Position numbers and translations under genes: made by a program. The notes under the pieces were generated by a model. The model worked only from the letters and a program-made list of their open reading frames with translations. It was not told the DNA's origin and made no database searches. From the IMG/VR virus record IMGVR_UViG_3300025137_005045: DNA of 64,000 nucleotides; one strand, written 5' to 3'. Numbering within the stretch: position 1 is the stretch's first letter; each line of letters begins with the position of its first letter. This DNA is from a virus (taxonomy: Duplodnaviria > Caudoviricetes). Positions 37,817 to 46,917 of this stretch are shown here, one piece after another.

Positions 37817-37830
37817 TTTTATTATATAAT
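37802..37830 (+). promoter_or_regulatory. sigma70-type promoter
   Basis: TTGACC(37802)-N17-TATAAT(37825). Confidence 0.75.
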
Positions 37831-37863
37831 ACATTTGTATTAAATTTAATATCTGAGGGAACC

Positions 37864-40800
37864 ATGAATAGATTCTTTTTACGTTTATTATCGGTACTAT
37901 TTTTACTTGTCTTACTAGGATTTTCTGTCAACTCTTATTCGGCGGCACCTGGTCATTGGAGAGTATTAGAAACTTGGTCTACTGTAGATGTACTTGACAT
38001 TGAGAAAAGAACAACATTCAGCAGTCGTACAGAACCTAAAACAGTTACAACTGTTAACAGTGACGGTAATACAGTAATTAGTAATTACAATAGTATATTC
38101 ACTGTTAAAACTGAATCTTGGCTGGAACAGACCACAACTATCGTATATGAACGTGCTACAGCCTACGGTCGTGAAAGAATATGGAGAGGTGTACCATCAA
38201 ACGTTCGAGTTCCAAAAACTAGTGCTATAGAGTATTGGGCAAGAGACGTACTAGTTAGTAGTAAGGTTGTAATAGATGAAGAAGCATTACGTTTGGCAGA
38301 AGAAGAAAGACTTGCAGAAGTTGCACGATTAGAGTCTCTAGAAAAGGCTAGATTAGCAGAACTTGCTAGAATCGCAGAAGAAGAGAGATTAGCAGAACTT
38401 GCTAGAATCGCAGAAGAAGCTCGTGTAGCTGAGGAAAAAAGATTAGCAGAAATTGCAAGATTGGCTGAAGAAGAACGGTTAGCTGAAATTGCAAGGTTGG
38501 CTGAAGAAGCTCGTCTTAAAGAAATTGCCCGTGTAGCAGAAGAGGCTCGTCTTAAAGAAATTGCCCGTGTAGCAGAAGAGGCTCGTCTTAAAGAAATTGC
38601 CCGTGTAGCAGAAGAGAAAAGATTAGCTGAAATAGCCAAGCTAGCTGAAGAAAAAAGATTAGCAGAAGAGAGACGATTAGCAGAAGAAAAAAGATTAGCA
38701 GAAGAGAGACGATTAGCAAAAGAGGCTCGTGTTGCAGAAGAGGCCCGTTTAGCTGAAGAGGCTAGGGTAGCAGAAGAAGCTCGTTTAGCTGAAATAGCCC
38801 GTCTTAAAGAACTTGCTCGTATAGCTGAAGAAAAAAGATTGGCGGCCTTAGCAGAGGAAGAAAGATTAGCTGAGGAGGCACGTTTACTAGCTATTGCTGA
38901 AGAAGAGGCTCGTGTTGCAGAACTTGCTAGAATAGCAGAAGAGAAAAGAATAGCTGAAGAAAAAAAATTAGCCGAGGAGGCACGATTAGCTGAAATAGCA
39001 AGATTAGCTGAAGAGGCACGATTAGCTGAAATAGCAAGATTAGCAGAAGAGAAAAGATTAGCAGAAATTGCAAGGTTAGCTGAAGAGGCACGTTTAGCCG
39101 AAGAGGCTCGTTTAGCTGAAATAGCAAGGTTGGCCGAAGAAGCTCGTTTAGCTGAAATAGCAAGGTTGGCATTGCTTGAAAAAGAAAGATTAGCAGAAGA
39201 GGATCGTTTAGCTGAAATAGCAAGGTTAGCTGAAATAGCAAGATTAGCTGAAGAAGCTCGATTATTAGCCATTGCAGAGGAAGAAGCTAGAGTAGCAGAA
39301 GAGAGACGATTAGCAGATGAAAAAGAAGATAGACGATTAGCACTGTTAGAAAAAGAACGGTTGGCTAGAGTAGCGGAAGAAGAAAGATTAGCACTGTTAG
39401 AAAAAGAAAGATTAGCACTGTTAGAAAAAGAAAGATTAGCAAAATTAGAAGAGGAAAGATTAGCAAAATTAGAAGAGGAAGAGAAAGAAAAATTAGCTAA
39501 AGAAACTCCAGTAGAAACAGACGGGACTCCTACAGTTGTGGTATCTACTGATCCAAATTATTACACTTCCTTACCAGAGTTCTCAGACAAGTTTAATGCA
39601 ATAATTAATCAAGAGTGGGCATTGTCAAGAGGATGGACCGGTAAAGGATCAACCATTGGTATACTAGATAGTGGTATTGATTTAGACAATCCAGAGTTTG
39701 CTGGACGTATCAAATACACACACGACACAATATTTGGCTTAGGAGATATAGAAGATGTTGTTGGTCACGGTACTCACGTAACAGGTATAGCGGCATCAGG
39801 TATGGACGGTAAGGGCATAATGGGAGTGGCTCCGGATGCTGATCTAGCTATAGTTAGAGTTACCAATAGTTTTTCATATTCCATGTCCAGAGCTTTGAAA
39901 GGTCTTAAATGGCTAGTAGACAATACTGACACAGTTGTTGCTAATATTTCAGCTAACACTAATTATATGAGTAGCTATAAATCCAGCATAACTGATCAGG
40001 GAGATGGTTTGTTTACGAGCAATCATGTTTACTATGGCGGAAGTAACTATTATAATATGGAAACTCCGACAGGTTGGGATACTGCATTAGGTGATAGTGA
40101 AATGGTACTAGTGGTTGCCGCAGGAAATCAAGATATTGGATATGTGCAAAATCCTGCAACATTTGCATCAGCAACTGACACAGATGGCAATCTCCTACTA
40201 GGTGGTAAAATGATTGTTGCTGGCATGTGGAATACATCATTCAATCAAATTGAAGGTGCTAAATCAGGACACGTATGTAAAGACTGGACAGGCAGTGAGT
40301 GTAATGACAAGTACAGAACCAGTGACTTTTATTTGCTTGCTCCGGGTTCTAGTATTACATCAACTTGGAAAGATGGTACATATAAATCAATGAGCGGAAC
40401 ATCAATGGCGGCACCTATTATTTCAGGTGCAGTTGCAGTATTACATCAGCAATGGCCTTACATGGAAGGTGAAAACTTAGTGAAAGTATTATTGCAAACT
40501 GCTAACAAAGACATTGCAGGATATGATGTTAGAACACACGGACAAGGCTTACTAGATCTTAAGAAAGCTACAGAGCCAATTGGCGGTTTAGGTATTTCAA
40601 CTACAGGCAGAACAGGAGCAGTAAGTGAAATATCAGGTAGCCTAAGTTTTGCAGGCGATGCTGAGTTATCAGCACTGACAGATATTAAAGCTGTTGACTC
40701 AATGGGTAGAGATTATTCAGTTAATTTAAGTAGCATGAAACAGACAAGAGATTTGGTTCCTATACACCAATTAAGTCATCAAGCTGGTAACTCGTGGTCA

Positions 40801-41466
40801 AGCAAGTTTGTCGGTGGCACTCAAGAATACAAGGGCATGAGTTTTAATGCTTACCAGTCTGATGACGGTATTAATACATTTAATAACATTACTCTAGGAT
40901 TTGATAGTTCCATGTTTGAAACAAGGAATCAATATACCGGAGAAATTATTAACAAGTCATCATTCACAGAAAAATGGACAATGACAAACAGCCAGTATTC
41001 ACCGTTCATATCATTTAATGGTATGTTTGGTAGTGTTAATTCAACAACAACATTTGAATACTCAACACTGTATCAACCTAAGAACTTTTATGCACAAGGT
41101 GGTGTAATGTATTCACTAACTGACTTTGATGCAGGATTGGTCAAAGATGTTACACCGATTACTAGTGTATATGCGATGGCTGGATGGGCTAATGATAATG
41201 TAAATTTATATACTGGTATTAAGCCAATGATAGTAGACGGTCAAGTTGATTTAAGATTACCAACCAGTGTTAGTGCAGACGGTACCATGAACTATACTAA
41301 TCACAGTGTGCAAATGAATAGCAATCCGATAAGTTTTGTAGGTGCTGAATACAAAACCAATCTAGTAGAAGACAAGTTCGGACAAACACACAGTTTAAAA
41401 ATGAACGGTATTATTGATCAAAATAATCAATATCAAGTTGGTACGTTTTATGAGTTTACATTTTAA
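37864..41466 (+). CDS. secreted S8 subtilisin-like protease with long E/R/A repeat stalk and beta-rich C-terminus
   Basis: Signal peptide; catalytic triad GILDSGID, GHGTHVTG and GTSMAAP; ends YEFTF. Confidence 0.9.
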   Translation: MNRFFLRLLSVLFLLVLLGFSVNSYSAAPGHWRVLETWSTVDVLDIEKRTTFSSRTEPKTVTTVNSDGNTVISNYNSIFTVKTESWLEQTTTIVYERATAYGRERIWRGVPSNVRVPKTSAIEYWARDVLVSSKVVIDEEALRLAEEERLAEVARLESLEKARLAELARIAEEERLAELARIAEEARVAEEKRLAEIARLAEEERLAEIARLAEEARLKEIARVAEEARLKEIARVAEEARLKEIARVAEEKRLAEIAKLAEEKRLAEERRLAEEKRLAEERRLAKEARVAEEARLAEEARVAEEARLAEIARLKELARIAEEKRLAALAEEERLAEEARLLAIAEEEARVAELARIAEEKRIAEEKKLAEEARLAEIARLAEEARLAEIARLAEEKRLAEIARLAEEARLAEEARLAEIARLAEEARLAEIARLALLEKERLAEEDRLAEIARLAEIARLAEEARLLAIAEEEARVAEERRLADEKEDRRLALLEKERLARVAEEERLALLEKERLALLEKERLAKLEEERLAKLEEEEKEKLAKETPVETDGTPTVVVSTDPNYYTSLPEFSDKFNAIINQEWALSRGWTGKGSTIGILDSGIDLDNPEFAGRIKYTHDTIFGLGDIEDVVGHGTHVTGIAASGMDGKGIMGVAPDADLAIVRVTNSFSYSMSRALKGLKWLVDNTDTVVANISANTNYMSSYKSSITDQGDGLFTSNHVYYGGSNYYNMETPTGWDTALGDSEMVLVVAAGNQDIGYVQNPATFASATDTDGNLLLGGKMIVAGMWNTSFNQIEGAKSGHVCKDWTGSECNDKYRTSDFYLLAPGSSITSTWKDGTYKSMSGTSMAAPIISGAVAVLHQQWPYMEGENLVKVLLQTANKDIAGYDVRTHGQGLLDLKKATEPIGGLGISTTGRTGAVSEISGSLSFAGDAELSALTDIKAVDSMGRDYSVNLSSMKQTRDLVPIHQLSHQAGNSWSSKFVGGTQEYKGMSFNAYQSDDGINTFNNITLGFDSSMFETRNQYTGEIINKSSFTEKWTMTNSQYSPFISFNGMFGSVNSTTTFEYSTLYQPKNFYAQGGVMYSLTDFDAGLVKDVTPITSVYAMAGWANDNVNLYTGIKPMIVDGQVDLRLPTSVSADGTMNYTNHSVQMNSNPISFVGAEYKTNLVEDKFGQTHSLKMNGIIDQNNQYQVGTFYEFTF
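38275..39500 (+). repeat. coding tandem repeats (ARLAEIARLAEE-type units)
   Basis: Degenerate 18- and 36-nt units; three exact 36-nt copies at 38509-38616. Confidence 0.92.
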
Positions 41467-41927
41467 TGATATTTGATAAAGTAAAAGATCTTAAAGAGAA
41501 AGGATTGAGGATAGGTATTACATTTTCAACCTTTGATCTATTACATGCAGGACATGTTGCTATGTTAAGCGAATGTAAAAATCATTGTGATTACTTAATA
41601 GCAGGACTACAAACGGATCCAACATTAGATAGAGCAAGTAAAAATACACCAATACAAACAGTAGTAGAAAGACAGATACAATTGGGCTGTAATCGTTTTG
41701 TTGATGAAATTGTGGTATATCAAACTGAAAAAGATCTCCAAGATATCTTGCTCACCTTGCCAATTGATGTTAGAATATTAGGTGTAGAGTATAAAAACAA
41801 AGACTTTACAGGTAAAGATATATGCAGTACAAGAGGAATTGAAATAGTGTATAACGGTAGAGATCATAGTTTTAGTTCTAGTAATTTACGCAAAAGAGTA
41901 GCTAATGCGGAAGGTAACGATAAATAA
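41466..41927 (+). CDS. cytidylyltransferase (TagD-like)
   Basis: TFDLLHAGH, ILGVEY and RDHSFSSSNLR. Confidence 0.85.
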   Translation: MIFDKVKDLKEKGLRIGITFSTFDLLHAGHVAMLSECKNHCDYLIAGLQTDPTLDRASKNTPIQTVVERQIQLGCNRFVDEIVVYQTEKDLQDILLTLPIDVRILGVEYKNKDFTGKDICSTRGIEIVYNGRDHSFSSSNLRKRVANAEGNDK

Positions 41928-42008
41928 AACTCTACAAGACGTCTCGAAACAGTCACCCGTCTTTAAATATTCTGCCTGTTATCAAACTTACTATTAGAGG
42001 CAAGAGAT

Positions 42009-42458
42009 ATGGCAAAGTTCTATTCAACAAAAACATACGGTCACAATATTGGTCTGTCAGCATGCTTTAGACAACCTAATGCTGATCATTCACACTGTCA
42101 TTTACTACACGGTTATAGCTTACAGTTTAAATTTACATTTGGTTGTAATGAGTTAGACAACAAAAACTGGGCAGTAGATTTTGGCGGACTTAAACCGATT
42201 AAGAAATGGTTAGAAGATCATTTTGATCATAAAACAGCAATCGACAAGGATGACCCACATCTAGACAAATTTATGGAACTTGAAGAAATGGATCTGGCAG
42301 AAATTGTTGTAATGGATGGTGTTGGGGCTGAGAAATTTGCAGAACACGCATTTAATTTTGCAGACAATTTAATTAGATCGCAATCAAACAATCGTTGTTG
42401 GGTACATTCAGTAGAGTGTGCAGAACACGGTGCTAATTCAGCAATATACGAGAGGTAA
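42009..42458 (+). CDS. queD: 6-carboxytetrahydropterin synthase
   Basis: HCHLLHGY (CxxxHGY), VDFGGLK, DH, GAEKFAE and ECAEH. Confidence 0.9.
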   Translation: MAKFYSTKTYGHNIGLSACFRQPNADHSHCHLLHGYSLQFKFTFGCNELDNKNWAVDFGGLKPIKKWLEDHFDHKTAIDKDDPHLDKFMELEEMDLAEIVVMDGVGAEKFAEHAFNFADNLIRSQSNNRCWVHSVECAEHGANSAIYER

Positions 42459-42460
42459 TA

Positions 42461-42916
42461 ATGACCAAGAAAGCGTTTTATAATTGGCAAGATGTCGAAG
42501 GACTTACACAGGATGTCATACGTCAGATAACAGTAGATAACAAGAAGTTTGATGCAGTAGTAGGACTTACAAGGGGTGGTTTAACGCCCGCTGTGCTGGT
42601 TTCACAGTATCTAGATATACCAATGCACACCTTAAAGGTAAGTTTACGTGACCATATAGGCCAGGATAATCTTAAAGATATAAAAGATAGTTTGGGTGTA
42701 GGCTTTGGTAAAAACATATTAGTAATAGATGATATCAATGATACCGGCGCCACCATAAATGCTATTAAAGATGCGTGGGGTGATAGCTATGTTGACTATG
42801 CTGTTTTAATTAACAATGATGCAAGTGAAGCCACTGTAGACTATTCAGCTGTTGATATTAATAAACACGAAGAAGATATCTGGATAGTATTTCCTTGGGA
42901 GGATTGGTGGCAATGA
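42461..42916 (+). CDS. type I phosphoribosyltransferase (purine salvage-like)
   Basis: VGLTRGG, ILVIDDINDTGAT (PRPP loop) and WIVFPWE. Confidence 0.9.
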   Translation: MTKKAFYNWQDVEGLTQDVIRQITVDNKKFDAVVGLTRGGLTPAVLVSQYLDIPMHTLKVSLRDHIGQDNLKDIKDSLGVGFGKNILVIDDINDTGATINAIKDAWGDSYVDYAVLINNDASEATVDYSAVDINKHEEDIWIVFPWEDWWQ

Positions 42917-43830
42917 GTAGAGTAGAATTAAATCAAGTTTGTGTAAACATTATGGAACCTACTAAAAGAGTCAGTGTGTTAGTACCTACACGTGGCCGTC
43001 CAGAGATGATGTTTGAAGCATTAAAGAGTTTATGGACTACACAAAGCAAACAAGATGGTGTCGAATATATGATTGCATTAGACGACGATGACCAGGAATC
43101 AATTGAATACTTTGAAAAAACTATTATTCCATACATGGAAAAGAAAGACATAGACTATGAAATACATGTAGTACCAAGATGGGGATACACTAGATTAAAT
43201 GAGTATCTAAACTATTTGGCCGCCAGAGCTAACGGTGCTTGGTATTTGTTCTTCAATGATGATGCCAGAATGAAAACTAAAGATTGGGATAAAATCATTG
43301 ATAGGCACGGTAGAGATTTTAAAATATTACGTGTTAAAGATAATCACGAACACCCTTATGCAATCTTTCCTATTATACCACATGACTATTATGTATTAAC
43401 TGGATCTATTAGTCCTCAACAAATGACAGATGCTTGGGTAAGTCAGATTGCGTATCTTTGTGATATTATGGAAAATGAATACGATATTGAAATATTCCAC
43501 GATAGACACGATATTACAGGTAATCCAGAAACCAACGATGATGTATTTAAAGGTAGAGAACAGCTTGAAGGTAATCCAGGAAATCAAATGGATTTGAATA
43601 GTCCGCAAATGATTGCTATTAGATATCAAACTTGTGCTAAAATTATGTGGTATCTAAAAAAACAAGGTTGTGATAATAGCCATTTTAAAAAAGTAATGGA
43701 CGGTACAGGTCCAGCTTGGGATCTATTGGAATCAAACGATCCGCATGGGTTAACACAATCAAGAAAAGCTGATGCCAGCTATACTCCTTCCCAATCAACA
43801 TCTAAAGAGGAAGTAGCTAGACGTGGGTAA
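42913..43830 (+). CDS. GT-A (family 2-like) glycosyltransferase
   Basis: VSVLVPTRGRP, ALDDDD and FFNDDA; ATG 42913 follows ggagga. Confidence 0.75.
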   Translation: MSRVELNQVCVNIMEPTKRVSVLVPTRGRPEMMFEALKSLWTTQSKQDGVEYMIALDDDDQESIEYFEKTIIPYMEKKDIDYEIHVVPRWGYTRLNEYLNYLAARANGAWYLFFNDDARMKTKDWDKIIDRHGRDFKILRVKDNHEHPYAIFPIIPHDYYVLTGSISPQQMTDAWVSQIAYLCDIMENEYDIEIFHDRHDITGNPETNDDVFKGREQLEGNPGNQMDLNSPQMIAIRYQTCAKIMWYLKKQGCDNSHFKKVMDGTGPAWDLLESNDPHGLTQSRKADASYTPSQSTSKEEVARRG

Positions 43831-44605
43831 AAATGATATAATAACTGACATCATTGACTATTGGGATAATCAACCTTGTGGTATTAAAAAAGGTCAAGGT
43901 GATATTGGTACTTTAGAATATTTTAAGACTGGCAGTAAAAGACGATACCAAGTAGAACCTCATATCAGAGACTTTGCAGGCTTCCACCAATGGCGAGGTA
44001 AGCGTGTATTGGAAATTGGATGCGGTATGGGATGGGACGCTGTTGAATTTGCTAAACACGGAGCTCACTATGTCGGAGTGGATATTAGTAAAGAAAGTGT
44101 TAATCTAGCAAAACAACAGTTTGAAGCATATGGTCTAGAGGGAGAGTTCCATGTGTTAGATGCAGGAGATAGTGAAGCACTTAAACAGCTAGGAGAATTT
44201 GATCTAGTTTACTCGTTAGGTGTAATACATCATTATCCAGACATTAGAGACACAATTAAAAACATACATCAATGTGTAACCGATAATGGTGAATTCCGTT
44301 TTATGGTATATGCTAAAGAATCGTGGAAGTATGCTATGATACAAAAAGGACTAGATCAATTTGAGGCACAAAGTAATTGTCCCTATGCAGAAGCATTTAC
44401 TAGAGATGATATTTATAAATTCTCAGATGGTTATTTTGATATATTAAGGTTGCGTCAATCACACTGTTTCATGTATAATGTAGATATGTATAAACAAGGA
44501 AAACATGAATTGGAACCTTGGTTTGAAGCGATGACTAAGGAGATTCGTGACGCAGTCAGTGAATATCTAGGTTGGCATTTACTAGTTAAATCGAGAAAGA
44601 TATAA
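43823..44605 (+). CDS. class I SAM-dependent methyltransferase
   Basis: VLEIGCGMG, GVDIS and FDLVYSLGVIHH. Confidence 0.9.
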   Translation: MGKNDIITDIIDYWDNQPCGIKKGQGDIGTLEYFKTGSKRRYQVEPHIRDFAGFHQWRGKRVLEIGCGMGWDAVEFAKHGAHYVGVDISKESVNLAKQQFEAYGLEGEFHVLDAGDSEALKQLGEFDLVYSLGVIHHYPDIRDTIKNIHQCVTDNGEFRFMVYAKESWKYAMIQKGLDQFEAQSNCPYAEAFTRDDIYKFSDGYFDILRLRQSHCFMYNVDMYKQGKHELEPWFEAMTKEIRDAVSEYLGWHLLVKSRKI

Positions 44606-45472
44606 ATGAGAAAACTTAAAATAGCAGAGATATTTTACAGCTTACAGGGAGAGGGTAAATGGGCAGGTGTGCCTAGTGTATTCTTGAGAACATTTGGCTG
44701 TAACTTTCAATGTAGAGGTTTTGGTATGCCTAGAGGTGAATCTACTAAATTACCTGAAGAGATAGCAGAGAAAGTAACTCAGTTTAAGATATATGAGGAA
44801 CTGCCTTTGGCTCCAACAGGTTGTGACAGTTATGCATCATGGCATCCAAAGTTTAAGCACTTGTCACCAGTATTAGAAACTGGTGCAGTTCGTGAACGCA
44901 TGGAAGATATTATTCCTCATAATACATGGACTCAAGATAATTTTGAAGATATCCATTTAGTAATTACAGGTGGCGAACCTTTGCTAGGTTGGCAACGTAG
45001 CTATCCAGAACTACTTGAATCATGTATGGGCAACGGATTACAAAACATTACATTTGAAACTAACGGTACACAACCGCTACATGAAGATCTTAAAACATTC
45101 TTTAAAACAGTATGGAATGAAGAACGTGGCTATCAAAAACTAACATTTTCAGTAAGTGCTAAACTACCAGACAGTGGCGAGAAATGGGAGAAAGCAATAC
45201 TACCTAAAGTAGTTGCAGAGTATGAACAATATGGATATACATACTTAAAGTTTGTGGTAGCAACTAAAGAGGATGTTGAGGATGTTGACCGTGCAGTAAA
45301 AGAATATAGAGATGCAGGATTCAGAGGTCCGGTATATTTAATGCCAATAGGTGGACTACCAGAAGACTATCATTTAAATACATCAGATGTAGCAGAAATG
45401 GCAATGAAAAAAGGGTATAGGTATTCGCCTAGACTACAAGTAGATATTTGGCGTAACGCCTGGGGAACATAA
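44606..45472 (+). CDS. queE: 7-carboxy-7-deazaguanine synthase (radical SAM)
   Basis: EIFYSLQGEG...PSVFLRTFGCNFQC...GCDS, ITGGEPL, FETNGT and SPRLQVDIW. Confidence 0.9.
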   Translation: MRKLKIAEIFYSLQGEGKWAGVPSVFLRTFGCNFQCRGFGMPRGESTKLPEEIAEKVTQFKIYEELPLAPTGCDSYASWHPKFKHLSPVLETGAVRERMEDIIPHNTWTQDNFEDIHLVITGGEPLLGWQRSYPELLESCMGNGLQNITFETNGTQPLHEDLKTFFKTVWNEERGYQKLTFSVSAKLPDSGEKWEKAILPKVVAEYEQYGYTYLKFVVATKEDVEDVDRAVKEYRDAGFRGPVYLMPIGGLPEDYHLNTSDVAEMAMKKGYRYSPRLQVDIWRNAWGT

Positions 45473-46561
45473 TTGGACAAGTATATATTTACAAGTGAAT
45501 CAGTATCAGACGGGCATCCAGATAAAGTAGCAGATCAAATATCTGATGCACTAGTTGATGCTGGATTAGCAAACGGTGATCGTACAACAAGAGTAGCTAT
45601 CGAAACACTGGTAGCAACAAATCATGTTACACTAGCTGGTGAAGTTAAAAACTTTAATGTTGTTGACATTAATCAAATAGTTAGAGATACAGTAAAAAAA
45701 ATTGGTTATGAACAGAAGGGATTCCATTGGAATACACTAGAGATAGATAATCACATACACAGTCAATCAAATGACATTGCATTAGGTACTGATAATTTTG
45801 GTGCAGGCGATCAAGGTATTATGTTTGGATACGCATGTAATCACAACAGTGCTTATATGCCAGCACCTGCATATTACAGTCACGAAATATTAAAAAAATT
45901 AAAACTGTTACGCAAAGAGTTTGGTAATATATTGTTACCTGATGCTAAAAGCCAAGTGTCAGTAGAATATCTTGGTGATCAAGTACAACGTATCGATCAA
46001 GTAGTTGTTAGTACACAACATACACAAGATAATTGTGGTCACGCTAGGATACTTAGTAAAGATGTCGCCATGTCAGTATTAGGCGATCTAGTAGATGATA
46101 AAACTATTTGGCATCTTAATCCAACAGGTAATTTTGTAGTAGGCGGACCAGACGGTGACTCAGGATTAACAGGACGTAAAATCATTGTTGACACTTATGG
46201 CGGATGGGCTCCGCACGGTGGTGGAGCATTTAGTGGTAAGGATCCAACCAAAGTAGATCGCTCGGCGGCTTATATGGCTAGATGGTTAGCAAAAAATGTA
46301 GTAGCTGATCAAATGGCTGATTGGTGTCAAATACAGTTAAGTTATGCCATTGGTGTTAAAGAACCTACATCAATTTATATAGAGTCAAATGGACATAATA
46401 GATCAATTGAAAAGTTCATTAGAAATAATGTTGATCTAACACCACTAGGCATCATTGACAGATTTAATTTATTCAAGTATACTAACTATAGTGACAATTG
46501 TGTTTACGGACACTTTGGCGATAAAAATGTACCATGGGAGAAAATAGGATGGGATTATTAG
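45473..46561 (+). CDS. metK: S-adenosylmethionine synthetase
   Basis: FTSESVSDGHPDK, GAGDQG, GLTGRKII and GGGAFSGKDPTKVDRS; TTG start. Confidence 0.96.
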   Translation: MDKYIFTSESVSDGHPDKVADQISDALVDAGLANGDRTTRVAIETLVATNHVTLAGEVKNFNVVDINQIVRDTVKKIGYEQKGFHWNTLEIDNHIHSQSNDIALGTDNFGAGDQGIMFGYACNHNSAYMPAPAYYSHEILKKLKLLRKEFGNILLPDAKSQVSVEYLGDQVQRIDQVVVSTQHTQDNCGHARILSKDVAMSVLGDLVDDKTIWHLNPTGNFVVGGPDGDSGLTGRKIIVDTYGGWAPHGGGAFSGKDPTKVDRSAAYMARWLAKNVVADQMADWCQIQLSYAIGVKEPTSIYIESNGHNRSIEKFIRNNVDLTPLGIIDRFNLFKYTNYSDNCVYGHFGDKNVPWEKIGWDY

Positions 46562-46917
46562 ACAATATTAAGAAAGCAGTAGGTGCAAAGCCTAAAGCTA
46601 AGACATCTACTAAAAAACTATCTGGCAAAGCACTAGCAGATAAAAATAAAGAACCGTATGTTAATATTTTAAGTATGGATGTAAATCCAGAAAATCTTAG
46701 CGAAGGTAGTTTTGAATTAGATTGGAATGATGTGTTTGTTGCCAGATTAATGAAAGCAGGATATCAAGGCAAAACAGATCAAGATTTAGTAGACCAATGG
46801 TTTCAAAATATTTGCAGGAATGTAGTGATGGAAACGTATCAGCAAGAACAAGCTATGAATCCTGGAATGAAAACCAACAAGCGTGACTTAGGCGACGGTA
46901 AATCAGAGATATCCTAA
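46549..46917 (+). CDS. conserved hypothetical protein
   Basis: EPYVNIL...FELDWN...VDQWF pattern; ATG 46549 is preferred. Confidence 0.7.
   Translation: MGLLDNIKKAVGAKPKAKTSTKKLSGKALADKNKEPYVNILSMDVNPENLSEGSFELDWNDVFVARLMKAGYQGKTDQDLVDQWFQNICRNVVMETYQQEQAMNPGMKTNKRDLGDGKSEIS

Noticed and set aside
38163-39272. 369-aa minus-strand ORF and 104-aa ORF at 38927-39241
   Set aside because: They are antisense shadows of the low-complexity AEE/ARL repeats of the protease; no start context or independent motifs.
38275-39500. CRISPR-like or non-coding repeat array
   Set aside because: The repeats are in-frame multiples of 3, degenerate at wobble positions, have no unique spacers and lie inside a CDS.
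41927-42008. Canonical preQ1 riboswitch upstream of queD
   Set aside because: No recognisable preQ1-I stem-loop with a 3' A-rich tail; kept only as an unclassified structured leader.
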